Source: Malacoraja senta
Taxonomy: Eukaryota
Reading direction: 5' to 3'
Length of the DNA: 64,000 nt
Assembly: GCA_038087875.1 (NCBI GenBank)
Contig: CM075981.1
Location: 19,220,001-19,284,000, forward strand
Made by a program: the position numbers and the translations under genes. The notes under the pieces are model-generated. The model was given only the letters and a program-made list of their open reading frames with translations. It was not told where the DNA came from and ran no database searches. Below are positions 25,011 through 36,600 of the stretch, in pieces. Position 1 is the stretch's first letter. Each line of letters starts with the position of its first letter.

Positions 25011-26199
25011 CCTCACCACCTCAAACCCTCCTCTCCTTCCCAGACTCTCTCACACTCCAACCTCTGTCCTATCTCCTCCCAGCTTCCCGACCCCTGCTCA
25101 CTCTGTCACCTGCCATTCCCAATCAACATTCTCTCCCTCTCTCCCCATCAGGCAGCCTCCTTTCCAATGCTCTCCCAATCCACAGCCCCACCCAGCCATC
25201 CTCATTCTGCTCTTTACACCTCCAGACCTCCTTCTGCTCTCTGTCCTTCCCCCACTCTCTGTTCCTATGATCCTCCCTCATTCATCTGTCCTTCCCCATG
25301 CCACCCATCTTCCTTCCAACCCCTCCATCTCTCTTCTTATTCCTGACACCTCTGCCCCCCCCCCCGAACCCTCTACATTCATTCCCTCTTATTCTTTGTC
25401 ACTTCCCTCTATCTCTCCTCCATATCTGTCCCTCACCCTCCCCACCTCTGGCTGCCTTAACTCTTCTCACACTCCCGATCTTCCTGCTGACTTCCCTTTG
25501 TAGAGTAGGGAGTGCGAGAGGGTAAGTAAGGAGAGGTGCGCAGGGAAGGAGAGGGATGGGAAAGAGAAAAATGGGGAAGGGGAGAGGGGAGAGGAAGGGA
25601 AGTGAGTGAGGAGCAGTGGCAGAGGTTGGTGGAAAAGCAGATGTGGAGAAGGAAAGAGGTGAGGGGAAGTCATTCAGTCTTGTGAGGCCTGTCTGCAGTT
25701 CCACGGATAGGGCGGAGCCTGTGGGGAGAGAGATAGGAGAGGTCAGTGACCCTACGGGGGTCCGCAGGAGATGAAACACCTATCCGTATACCTTCACTCT
25801 CGCCTCTATCCATCTATCCATAGGTAACTAAAACTCTGATCTTGTGCTCTTCCGTTGTGCGCGGTTTTTCTATTTGAGCAAAAATGGTACAGGATAGCAC
25901 TACGATTTTTCGCCACCTTACTCAACATTCTGCTGTGCGCATGTGTGACAAGTTTTGTTCTGATCGATGGTATATTGTAAAATTTATTAAGAATTGAAAT
26001 TACTAAAAACCTCTCATGCGCAGATTGGTCTCCTTTCCTGTCGGTCGCCGCCACGTAGATTGGTCTCCTCTCACGTCAGTCAGGAAGGGGCGTCGCCGTG
26101 ACACTGACACCTCTTCCTGCACCATCGCCGCACTGATTGACCGCGTCAGTGAAGGAGTGGTGGCGGCCGGATCGGGAGGGTGTGGTGCCGCACGCTGAG

Positions 26200-26771
26200 C
26201 CTGGGACTGGGACTGGGACTGGGCTCGGTCTGGAGCCAAGCCGAGCCCGGGACTGGGACTGGGACTGGGCTGGAGCCGAGCCGAGCCTGGGGCTGGAGCT
26301 GAAGTGAGGGTCGAGCCCGAGGCTTGGGATGGAGCCGTGACTGGGGCCTAGAAAGAAGCCGCGGCCTGGGATGGAACCAAGGACAGCCTGGGTCTGNNNN
26401 NNNNNNNNNNNNNNNNNNNNNNNNNNNNNNNNNNNNNNNNNNNNNNNNNNNNNNNNNNNNNNNNNNNNNNNNNNNNNNNNNNNNNNNNNNNNNNNNNNNN
26501 NNNNNNNNNNNNNNNNNNNNNNNNNNNNNNNNNNNNNNNNCCCTCCCTCTCAACCCCTCCCTCTATCCACCCACTCTCTTTCCCTCCCCTCTCTCTACCC
26601 CCTCCCCTCCCTTTTCACTGTAAAACAGATACACAACTCACTCACCCTCCCTCTTTCCCTCCCTCACTTACTCCCTCCCTCACCCTCAATCTTTCTTTCC
26701 TCCCTCTCTCTCTCAGCCTCTCTCACACTGTCTCCATCCCTCCCTCCCTCTCCCCCTCTCTCTCCCACCCT

Positions 26772-26802
<31 letters not shown>

Positions 26803-27070
26803 CCTCCCTCTCTCCTTCCCCCTCCCTCTTTCTCTCCCCCTCACTCTCTCTCCTTCCCTCCCTCCCTCGCACCCCTCTCTCTCTTTCCCTCCCTTCCTTT
26901 TCCCCTCCCTCCCTTATTCGCTCCCTCGCTCCCTCGCTCCCTCCCTCTCTCTCTCTCCCTCCCTCTCCCTCTCTCTTCCTCCTCTCTCTCTCTCTTCCTC
27001 TATCTCTTCCTCTATCTCTTTCTTCCTCTCTTGCCCCCTCCCTCCCTCCCTCTTCCTCCCTTCTTCCGTC
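26200..27070. repeat. Short-period (ctggga/gagcc) repeats followed by a CT-rich low-complexity tract, with gaps
   Basis: Directly visible periodicity; N gaps at 26397-26540 and 27072-27200. Confidence 0.85.
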
Positions 27071-27200
27071 TNNNNNNNNNNNNNNNNNNNNNNNNNNNNN
27101 NNNNNNNNNNNNNNNNNNNNNNNNNNNNNNNNNNNNNNNNNNNNNNNNNNNNNNNNNNNNNNNNNNNNNNNNNNNNNNNNNNNNNNNNNNNNNNNNNNNN

Positions 27201-28241
27201 AGGTGCGGGGCCCAATTGGGAACAATTTTGGTGAGCCCCAGGTTCCCAGCCAAGGTCTGTAAATTTATAGAAATATAATTAAAGTCTTTTATAGACTTTA
27301 TATCTCTATGGCAGAATGGAAAGTAATCAAAATGTGCTCTTAAAAAGTGCCTGCGACTTAATGGACCAAACAGATCTAAGCTACATTTTACTATAATATT
27401 GCATATATGTAAGCCTACAAGTAACAAACAAAATGTGTAGACCACCTCTGAAAAGTACATAGTTACAATACCACTTGTTTTAGTGACTGAAATGGAAAAA
27501 AAAGTAATTTAATTAAATAGATCCTGGAAAACCAATAACCATTGGTGAAAAACCATTCCAGGCATTAAATTTTGGGCTTCAGCCCCATCCTACCCTTTGG
27601 GCTTCTACCCCATCCTAACTTAGTTGTGTGTGTTAGTTGTCTGTGCGTGATGTGTGTGTGTTAGTTGTCTGTGCGTTATGTGTGTGTGGGAGGGAAGGGG
27701 AGAAGGGAGGGTGGGAGGGAGAGAAGGGAGGAAGGACGGGGGGGGGAGGGAAGTAGAGAAAGGAGGGAGGGAAGGAGAGAAAGAATGGATGGAGCGAATG
27801 AGAGAAGGGAAAAGAGAGAGGAAGGAGGGAGGGAATGAGAGAAGGGGAGAAGGGAGGGAGAGGGCCGGCGGCGGGAGCGGATGCCGAGGTCCGGGCGGAC
27901 GGGTGTGAGCTGAGGCCGAGGTTTGTAAACGTTGCTCCCACCGCCGGCCCGGCCCTCTGCATCTCCCCGGGGTGAGAGAGGAGTGGAGCCCGGGCTGTGT
28001 GCGTGAAGCACGGCGACTGGAGGGGGCGGGAGCGCTGTCCCGGGACTGTGAGGGAACGACCCACCTCCCACCTCCCCCTTCTCCATTCCCCCTCACACCC
28101 CCCTCCCCGTCAACCACTCTCTCCCCCCTCCACCCCGGGTAGATCTACCCGAGCCGAGAGTAGATTACTCAAGCGCGGGGCCCCCTTACTCGCGGGGCCC
28201 AATTGGGAGCAATCGGTCCAATCGGCTTAAGGCCGGCCCTG
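27201..28241. mobile_element. Non-autonomous hAT-like element; left terminus probably in the gap
   Basis: Right end TAAGGCCGGCCCTG (CAGGGCCGG-type TIR). The sub-terminal motif gcggggcccaattggga occurs both just after the gap and near the right end. CT-rich sequence on both flanks. Confidence 0.55.
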
Positions 28242-28879
28242 CCTCTCTCCATCCCTCTCTCCCTCCCTCCCTCCCTCCCTCCCTCCCTCCTCTTTCTCCC
28301 TCCCTCTTTCTTTCCATCCCTTTCTCTCTGTGCCTCTTTCCCTCCCTCCCTCCACCTCTCCCTCCCCCCCCCCCCCCCCGTCTCCCAGGTGAAAAAAGAG
28401 GAAATGTCAAGAGGAGGGAGCTGGAGTGCTGGGGGATGAGGGGGAATGGAGGAGGATAGGATTAGGAAGAGAGATGGCGGGGTAATGGAAATATTACATG
28501 CAAAGTTATTAACTTTAACTTAACTTCTGCTGTTATTGCGGGACTGTCAGCTGATCATGCGCAGTTGGGGGCTTTGGCTCAGTGATGGAATATTGCTTTG
28601 GAAGACCAGGCCTCCCATGTGACCACTTGCTAATTATCCCCATCTGCCTATCAACATCCCCCCTCTCCCGCCTTTGTCAATCTTTTACCTGCCGGGCTTT
28701 GTCCAGCCTTCCCCATTCCACCTTTCCTCTCCCGCCCCTACAACCAAGGATCTCGAACTGAAACGTCACCTATCCATGATCCCCAGAAATGCTGCCTGAA
28801 CTGCTGAGCTACTGTTATACTGTTTAAAGCCCATAGCGCTGTGGCCAGTGGCGCTATATTTAAACCCCATAGCGCTGCA

Positions 28880-29430
28880 GTCGGGGGAGGAGGTGGTTTG
28901 AGTGGGAAGGGACAAGTTGACCAGGGAGTTGTGGAGGGAACGGTCTCTGCCGAAAGCAGAAAGGGGTGGAGATTGGGAAGAAGTTGCCAGTAGTGGGATC
29001 CCGTTGGAGGTGGTGAAAGTGTTGGAGATTATATGCTGTTTGCAACGGCTGGTGGGGTGGAAGGTGAGGGCAAGGGGGACTGTCCTTGTTGTGAATGGGA
29101 GCAAGAGCAGAGCTGCAGGGTATCGGGAGAGCCTAGTGAGAGCCTCATCTATAATGGAAGAGGGGAACCCCCATTTCCTAAAGAATGAGGACTTCTACGA
29201 TGATCTAGTATGGAAAACCTCGCCCTGTGTGCAGATGCGGCATAGATGAAGGAATTGGGAGTAGATGATAGAGTCTTTACAGGAAGCAGGGTGGGACGAA
29301 GTGTAGTCTAGATATCTATGGGAGTCAGTAGGTTAGTAGTAGATGTCGGTCAATAGTCTGTCTCCTGTGATGGAGTGGGCAATATTCAGAAACGGTCAGG
29401 AGATGTCGAAGATGGTCCAAGTGAACCTGC
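28880..29430 (-). mobile_element. Penelope-like fragment
   Basis: Reverse-strand homology to 2816-3300 (VPLALTFHPTSR, SPPLSAFGRDRSLHNSLV). A decayed hammerhead-like end lies at about 28745-28810 on the + strand. Confidence 0.8.
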
Positions 29431-29440
29431 TCCTTTGCTA

Positions 29441-29612
29441 AAGAAGGAACTGCAGATGCTGGAAAATCGAAGGTACACAAAAATGCCTGAGAAACTCAGC
29501 GGGTGCAGCAGCATCTATGGAGCGAAGGAAATAGGCAACGTTACGTTGCCTATTTCCTTCGCTCCATAGATGCTGCTGCACCCGCTGAGTTTCTCCAGCA
29601 TTTTTGTGTACC
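29441..29612. mobile_element. Palindromic short retroelement of the 7942-8109 family, hammerhead core deleted, 13-bp TSD
   Basis: About 70-bp near-perfect arms centred at about 29541; TG(C/T)TCCTTTGCTA at 29428-29440 and 29613-29625. Confidence 0.8.
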
Positions 29613-29724
29613 TGTTCCTTTGCTACATCTACACCAGCAGTTTGTGTCCTTTTCTGAAATTAATCAATGCCTGCAGTTCTTTGTTTCTACATTTTCACTG
29701 GAAACACTTAAAAACAGCACTCAC

Positions 29725-29822
29725 TGATGATGTGGGTGGCGACAGTGACTGATAGGAGAATCAGAAGCAGGACGGCTGTAATCGTGGCCCTCAACCAACA
29801 TCACAGAGACAGCTTCTCAACC
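29725..29822 (-). pseudogene. Gene B: candidate transmembrane exon, out of frame with IgC2 as assembled
   Basis: cctctctttcaccag acceptor and ATCA|gtgagt donor. One frame encodes CWLRATITAVLLLILLSVTVATHII. The exon is 98 nt and the phase-1 reading gives GLRSCLCDVG*; one extra base would join the frames. Confidence 0.6.
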
Positions 29823-30019
29823 CTGGTGAAAGAGAGGGGATCACTCATCAGGGAGACTGCACTGGGCCTTTTCACAAACTCAGCAAGAACTTAGGGCCCG
29901 CACCGTAGACTGACATCAAATAACTGTGACAGCGCTGTCCATTCACACACTCCCAGAGCACGGATAGACACAGAGTGAAGCTCTCAAGGTCGGATACAGA
30001 GTAGCACTGCTCAGACGCC

Positions 30020-33000
30020 TGAGTGTTTTAAAAGTAACTTTTGAAAGATTTTTTGTCGAAGGAAGAGGGACAGAAGCAGTGAGAATTCAAGGATAGACTA
30101 ACGTCGGACTGCGGGGACTTTTCTTTCCAAAGGATTTCTCCATTTAGTGAGGAATTCCAGTGCTTTTCCGGAGTGCCGTGGGAGCGGCAGTGGCAGGTGA
30201 ATTGCCAATTGTACCTGGAGACCGGGAGTCGGAAAAAGCGGTGTTTGTGGTTTCTAACATCGTAACCCTGCTCCCATACCATTTTGCCCAGACCAGGTTG
30301 CCTGGGTATAAACGAAGAGAAGGTACTTTTGAAACTGGCAGTTTCTGGAGGCTCGGAAGACCTGGAAAAAGCCTCCCAAAGCTGCTCTCGACAGAGAAGA
30401 TAAGTATAGGCGTTTTCCTTGCGTTGACCTGGGTGGGGATCACATACGGGATCAAAGTCCAAACCGGGTACCAGCGGATCAAGGAGGCAAATAGGGGGGT
30501 TGCACGTAATGTCACTGGGTCATAGGGCATGACGCACGGAGCCGCTCAATCCATCTGGAGGACATCCGTAACTTCCGGTATATGTTATTAATGCAAGAAA
30601 CGCGTACTTTCCTACCTGTTAAAAACCGCCAAAATGTTCAATTTTTGCGCTGTAAAAAATTGTGGAAGTCGGGGTAAGTGTGAGAGACACGTACCCAACT
30701 TCAGAATTCCAAAGGTGAAGCGAAATGAAGGTAAAGAGAAGCGAGAGCTGAAGGGACAACAACAGCTAAAGTGCTTGGCGAACATTGGCCGTGCAGATAT
30801 CGGAATTGAAAATATCGGGAATTATCGCGTTTGCTCACTGCATTTAATCAACAGTAAGGCATTATTTGTGGTTTTTCTTGATTCCTTTGGTATCTAAAAA
30901 GTCTCAGAAGTGATAAATCTGGCTGTAAATTTTGCTTCAGAGGCGTTTTCTTTTTGTATGTAAAAACCCACTTGAGAACCATGGGCGATTTTAAACTTTT
31001 ACAGCCAGATTTATCACTTCTGAAACTTTTTAGATGCAAAGGAATCAAGAAAAACCACAAATAATTCCTATTGATGAAATGCAGTGAGCAAATGGCCAAT
31101 GTTCGCCAAGCACTCTGGCTGTTGTTGTCCTTTCAGCTCTCGCTTCTATCTACTGTCATTTCTCCTCACTTTTGGAATTCTGAAGTATTCTAAATGTCTC
31201 TCACACTTATTCCCGATTTCCATAATTATTTACAGCGTAAATATTGACAATTTCGGCGGGTTTTAACGGGCCCGCTACGCTGGAAACAATGGTAAGTGCT
31301 TACCTGCAGTTCATCGCGTGTACTCCACTTGGCGTAGCGTAGCAACAGTACGAGTCATGGGTCGTGACCCGACTGCCGTGAAACCTTCCCTATAGCATTG
31401 AGCTACACGATCTGTTTCTGAAGAACGTGATTGCCTCATCCAAGATTGGAGGGGGAAATATGAATGTACTTTAAAGTCACTGCAGGAGCTGGCCCTAGTA
31501 TTGGGAGAAGGGGCTCACAGTGGGGCGGGGTCTTATTACCGGTGGAAACGTGGGTGTCTCCCTTGAGTACCGTTCTCCTGCGTTCCCACTTTTGTCCGGG
31601 ATACGCTCCTATCCATGCCCGGCAAAGAAAGGAGAGGTGCGGTCAAGCCTGACTAGGATTTATGCATCCCTGGCGCGACCTGCGTCTTAAAGGGATCCTT
31701 TTACAATCTTTCCACATTCATAAACACGCGTCTCTAGTTTTAAGAGACAGCGTGTTTATGAATGGGGAAACAGGAGTGCGTGGAGGGGGTTTCTTCGTTG
31801 AGCACGAGGGGATCCCCTACTGCGTGCTTTGGAGTTGGGGTTATGTACGGTGTCATGCGTGCAAGGTGTTGGACTCTTTCATAGAGATTGTCCCAATAGC
31901 CGGTATGCTGCGAGAAATCCCAACTGCAACAGCCCAGGAATCTCTGCTGGCCCATCCCGGGCTGCCAGTTCCACCTTGGCAGCCCAGGAAAGCACTGCTG
32001 GCTCATCCAGGGCTGCGGTTCCACCTCCGCGGCCCGGGACTGCACTGCTTCCCCATCCCCACGTCCTGTACCTGCGGCGGCGGACGCCGGTGAAGCACAG
32101 GGGGAGGACGAGGGATGGCAGACGCAGATGGGGAAAGAAGAAGAACAAACGCCTTAGGGCGAGACCAAGCTCACCCCTGAGTCTACCTAAAGGGTGACTG
32201 TTGACCCCGGAGTCAAAAAGCGGGCCAGGAAGGTCCAAAGACATTTGGGGAGGTCAAACAGGGAGCTGAGGAGGTCCAAAAGGGGGCTGGGGAGGTTCAG
32301 CAAGGAGTTGGAGAGGCTGAACCAGGAGCTGGAGAACAGGAAGCTGGTGGTGTGGAGGCGGAGGACTCTTCCTTTACGGAGGTCACCGTACCACCGCACA
32401 TCAGTGGGATGAAGAGAAGGAGCGGTGCCCAAGGTCCAGGGGTGACCTGATTCGACTTTCAACCCCTGCCGTGGCTGGGGACCCAGGACTTGTGTCCTCT
32501 GGGCCGGAGGATGTCTGCTCAGTTCAGGAGCCTTCCGAGGGTGTCATCTCACCAGTTGTTGGGGTTGGTACTCCTGGGAACGTGTCCCCTGGTTTGGAGG
32601 CCTGTGCTGATCAGGGCTGTGGGTGTAGTTGAGGGGTGTGTGCTGCCCCACCGGTTGAGGAAATAGGGGAGACTCCACAAACATCGGCTCCTTTAGTGGG
32701 CCATAGTGAGGTTACTCCCCAGGGCTAAATGGGCTGAACGTAGAGTTTGTGAGAGCCTTCTAGGGTGTCCTAGGGGGAGATTATATGATGGCCCTGGGGG
32801 AGAGCCTGGCGACCGGGGAGATGCCCCTCTCGTGGTGCAAGGCAGTCGTTGTCCTACTGCCCAAAAAGTATGATCTCCACCTGTTGATGAACAGGCGCCC
32901 GGTCTCTCTCCTCAGTACAGAGTATAGAGTTTTTGCCCCGTCAATGGCAAATCGCCTGGGTTCCGTGCTGTCCCAACTGATCCACCCGGACCAGTCCTAC

Positions 33001-34590
33001 ACAGTGCCAGGCTGGTCCATTCAAGATAACATCCACCTGGTTATGGACCTGATCCATCTGTCCCAGAGGGCTGGGCAGTCAGTTGCTTTTCTGTCCCTTG
33101 ATCAGCAGAAGGCATTTGACAGGGTAGATCATGACTACCTTTTCGGGACGCTGCAGGCGTTTGGATTTGGACCGCATTTTGTGGCCCGGGTCTGGCTTTT
33201 GCAGGCCAGAGAGGAGCGCCTCGTAAAGGTGAACGGTTCGTCGTTGGCACCCATTCACTTTGGGAGGGGGATACGCCAGGGGTGTCCCATGTCTGGTCAG
33301 TTGTACTCAGACTGTGTGGAGCCATTCATGTGTCTTCTTCGGAGGCGGTTGACAGGCCTGACTTTGCCAGGACCGGGTGTGGGGTGGTTCTCTCGGCCTA
33401 TGCCAACGATGTACTCCTTACGTTCACTGACCCTGTTGACCTGCGGAGGATGCGTGAGTGCCAGCAGGTTTTCTCGGCCGCATCCTCCGCCAGGATCAAC
33501 TAGAGTAAGTGTTCCTGACTTTTGCTGGGTCAGTGGTAGGTGGACTCCCTGCCAGAGGACATGACATCTTATGAATGCCACCTCGCACCTCCTCTACCTG
33601 GGGGTCCACCTGAGTCCCACTGAGGATGCTTGGCTGGCGAACTGCAGGAGTGGGAGACGAAAGTCGTCGCCTGGCTGGGGCGCTGGTCAGACTTGAGTGC
33701 AGGTCATAAACCAGCTGGTGGCCTTCATGTTATGGTACCGGCTGGCCACTCGTCCTGCCTTGTACCTTTGCTACCACGATACAGAAGAGGTTAGTGTGTT
33801 TCCTCTGGGAGACAAGAAGCACTGGTTTCGCAGCGGTCCAGAGTCTCCCGTTAGAGGAAGGTGGCCAGTCCTTGCTTTGCGTGCGTACCCAGGTGGCGGC
33901 CCTCCATCTCAGGACCCTGCGGAAGTACGTGTATGCGGAGCACCCTCCTAAATGGCACGCTCTGGCCACGTATATTTTCCGCCAGGGCCGTTGCCTAGAG
34001 AGGGTTCGTGGATCCCGGTGGCGGCCATCAGTCGACCCGCAACACGGGATCTGCCCAGCTTCTACCGTGATGTCTTGAGAGCTATGAATCTGGTCACCTT
34101 CAGCCAGCGCATTGCTCCTCAAGGGGAGGAGGGTGTTGTAACTGCGAGGGTGGCCGGTCCTCACCCTGTCATGGTGGGTGTCGGGGAGAGGCATGTGCTC
34201 GGAACGATTCTGACCGAGCTTACCCCCGCTCCGTCGGAATTGCTCATTGGGACCAGGCCCCGGAATCTTTCCCGGGAGCCGGCCCTACACAAAATGAACC
34301 GCCTTTCCAAGATGCCCAGCGTGCCATTCCGTGACACGGAGAGACGTTTACCGTGCAGATTGCTCCTGCACACTCTCCACTTCCTCACCCTCGTCTTCCA
34401 TCCGGACACGCCCTGGCGGTCCGAATTACCACCTGACGGCGGGAGCGGTCCCCAGAGGAGGTCTCCCCCTTTACATCGGAGACCCGGGGTGGAGAGCGTT
34501 GCTCAGAGCCGTGGTGTGTAACAGATATTTAAGTGACACGGAGAGACGTTTACCGTGCAGATTGCTCCTGCACACTCCTCACTTCCTCTC
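30020..34590 (+). mobile_element. Tx1-type (L1 clade) non-LTR retrotransposon, degenerate, in gene B intron
   Basis: ORF1 remnants; RT region SWCKAVVVLLPKK..RPVSLLSTEYRVF..LIHPDQSYTVPG..LSLDQQKAFDRVDH..GIRQGCPMSGQLY..SAYANDV. Boundaries approximate. Confidence 0.8.
30493..31391. mobile_element. Non-autonomous fold-back DNA transposon with a THAP-coding start in both arms (ISL2EU-like)
   Basis: Termini AGGGGGGTTGCACG / CGTGAAACCTTCCCT with a 2-bp (AT or TA) duplication. Arms about 30620-30920 and 30985-31265 are inverted copies. ORF 30634-30897 reads MFNFCAVKNC...FRIPKV...RVCSLH (THAP C2CH). Confidence 0.7.
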
Positions 34591-34626
34591 ATTCTTCAAA
34601 CCTGGGATCCTCACTTTGACACTCAC

Positions 34627-34908
34627 CAAATGTGGTCTGTTTACAGATATCCCTCAGCCGGATCTGTGCTGTGCCCTTACTGACCGGGTTACTGGCCTCA
34701 CACCTGTACACAACGCCCCCGACCTCTGCTGTGTGATAAACCTGTATTGTCTTTCCGTGTCCCTCGAGGTGGTGGGTGCTGTCGTTTCCCAAAGCTTCCC
34801 TCCACCACGTGAAGTTGATGGGGCCGCCGGAGGTCGTGAAGCAGGTCAGGGTGAAGTTGCAGATCTCGGTGATGTTCTCAGCCTTGATCTGTGTTCCTGC
34901 CACGGGCT
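34627..34908 (-). CDS. Gene B: IgC2 domain exon (paralogue of 271-552)
   Basis: Same splice sites and 282 nt length as the gene A exon; 6 substitutions in 94 aa; all four Cys retained. Upstream intron homology extends to about 35160. Confidence 0.9.
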
Positions 34909-35369
34909 CTGAGGTTGGGCCAGAGAGAAGAAAGATGAGTAAAGGAGTTACTTATAAACCCTTCGATACCCAATAACCCGTCTCCGACAGTCACGAGCCA
35001 CGAATGAGCCGATCCCAGCTCATTTCCACCCACCAGTTTAATTCTTCCCTCCCCATTCTATTCAGCCAGTTGTTGCTGGAGGAAGTCCACACGTGCGCTG
35101 CGCCCCCTTCCCGAACACTGCCCGCACTCATCCACAAACTCTCCACTGTGTCCAGTTTATGGCTCTGTATCCTGGGAATCTCTTCAGTTCCATATCTTTT
35201 GTCACGCTTGTGAGTGGTGCCAGTGTTCCTTAAAACCTGAGGGTGACCCAGCTCAGACCGGCCCTGAACCTGGCCAACCGTGGCAGCCTTGGGACTGTGA
35301 CGGGCACAGACCCAGACTGGGTAGCTTGCTGTGTTCCAGAGTGAATCCAGCACCGTGCAGATCCTGGGT

Positions 35370-36600
35370 CACGTATTGTAGTGGGATCTTGATTGGTTGG
35401 GCAGGTGAGCTCATGGATGGTTAATGGAGTTCAGGTTTGGTCACCCTGCTACAGGAAGGATGCTGTTCGGCTGGAAAGAATGCAGAGAAGATTTACAAGA
35501 ATGTGGTCAGGATGTGAGGGCCAAAGCTATAGGGAGAGTTTGGGCAGGGACGTTGCTGGTGTCTTCCACTGTGAAGACTGACGCAAAAAGTTATTCAGCT
35601 CCCCTGCCATTTCTTTATTCCCCATTATCATTTCTCCTGCATCATTCTCCAGTGGCCCAACATCCACTCTTGCCTCTTTCTTACTCTTTATATAACTGAA
35701 GAAACTTTTGCTCTCCTCTTTTATATTATTGGCTGGCTTACCTTCGTATTTCATCTTTTCTCCCCATATTGCCTTTTTAGTTATCTTCTGTAGTTCTTTA
35801 AAAGCTTCCCAATCCCCCCACTAATCTTTGCTATGTTATATCCCTTCTCTCTTAGTTTTATACTGTCCTTGATTTCCCTTGTCAGCCACGGTCACCACTT
35901 TCTCCCCCAAAAATTTTTCTTCCTCTTTGGAATGAAAAGATCCTGCATCTTCCGGATTATGCCCAGAAATTCCTGCCATTGCTGTTCCACTGTCACCCCT
36001 GCTAGGGTCTCTTTCCAGTGAACTTTGGCCAGCTCCTTCCTCATGCCTCTGTAGTCCCCTTTACTCAGCTGCAATACTGACACATCCGATTCTCCCTCTC
36101 AAATTGCAGACTGAAACTTATCATGTTGTGATTGTTACCTCCTAATGGTTCCTTTACCTTGAGTTCCCTTATCAAATCCGGTTCATTACATAACAGAATC
36201 CAGAATTGCCTTTTCCCTATTAGGCTCCAGTAGAAGCTGCTCTATGAATCCATCTTGGAGGAACTCTACAAATTCCCTTTCTTGGGTCCAGTACCAACCT
36301 GATTTTCACAGTCTATCTGCATATTGAAATCTCCCATGACCACCGTTGCATTGCCCATTTTTAAATGCCAATTTTATCTCCTGATGTAACTTGTACCCTA
36401 TATCCTGGCTACTGTTTGGGGCCTGTAAATAACTACCATTAGAGTATTTTTACCCTTATAATTTCTCAGCTCTATCCACAATGACTCTACATCTTCTGAT
36501 CCAATGTCACCCTTCATCAAAGACTGAATTTAATTCCTAACTAACCCCACCCCCTCTGCCCACCTTTCTATCTTTCCGATAGGACGTATAACCCTGAATA
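35370..36600 (-). mobile_element. CR1 LINE fragments
   Basis: Endonuclease and RT-flanking remnants (MSVLQLSKGDYRGMRKELAKV; ESKSFFSYIKSKK) homologous to the other CR1 copies. Confidence 0.8.

Noticed and set aside
25790-26160. Possible Helitron 5' end
   Set aside because: Only a loose TCTAT...AACTAAAA resemblance; no matching 3' hairpin-CTAG end was identified.
26146-28439. Several S/L/P- or R/E/G-rich ORFs
   Set aside because: Same low-complexity and gap artefact.
34331-34912. 193-aa + strand ORF overlapping gene B IgC2
   Set aside because: Antisense shadow of the Ig exon joined to a short duplicated Tx1 segment (34331-34375 and 34532-34576).
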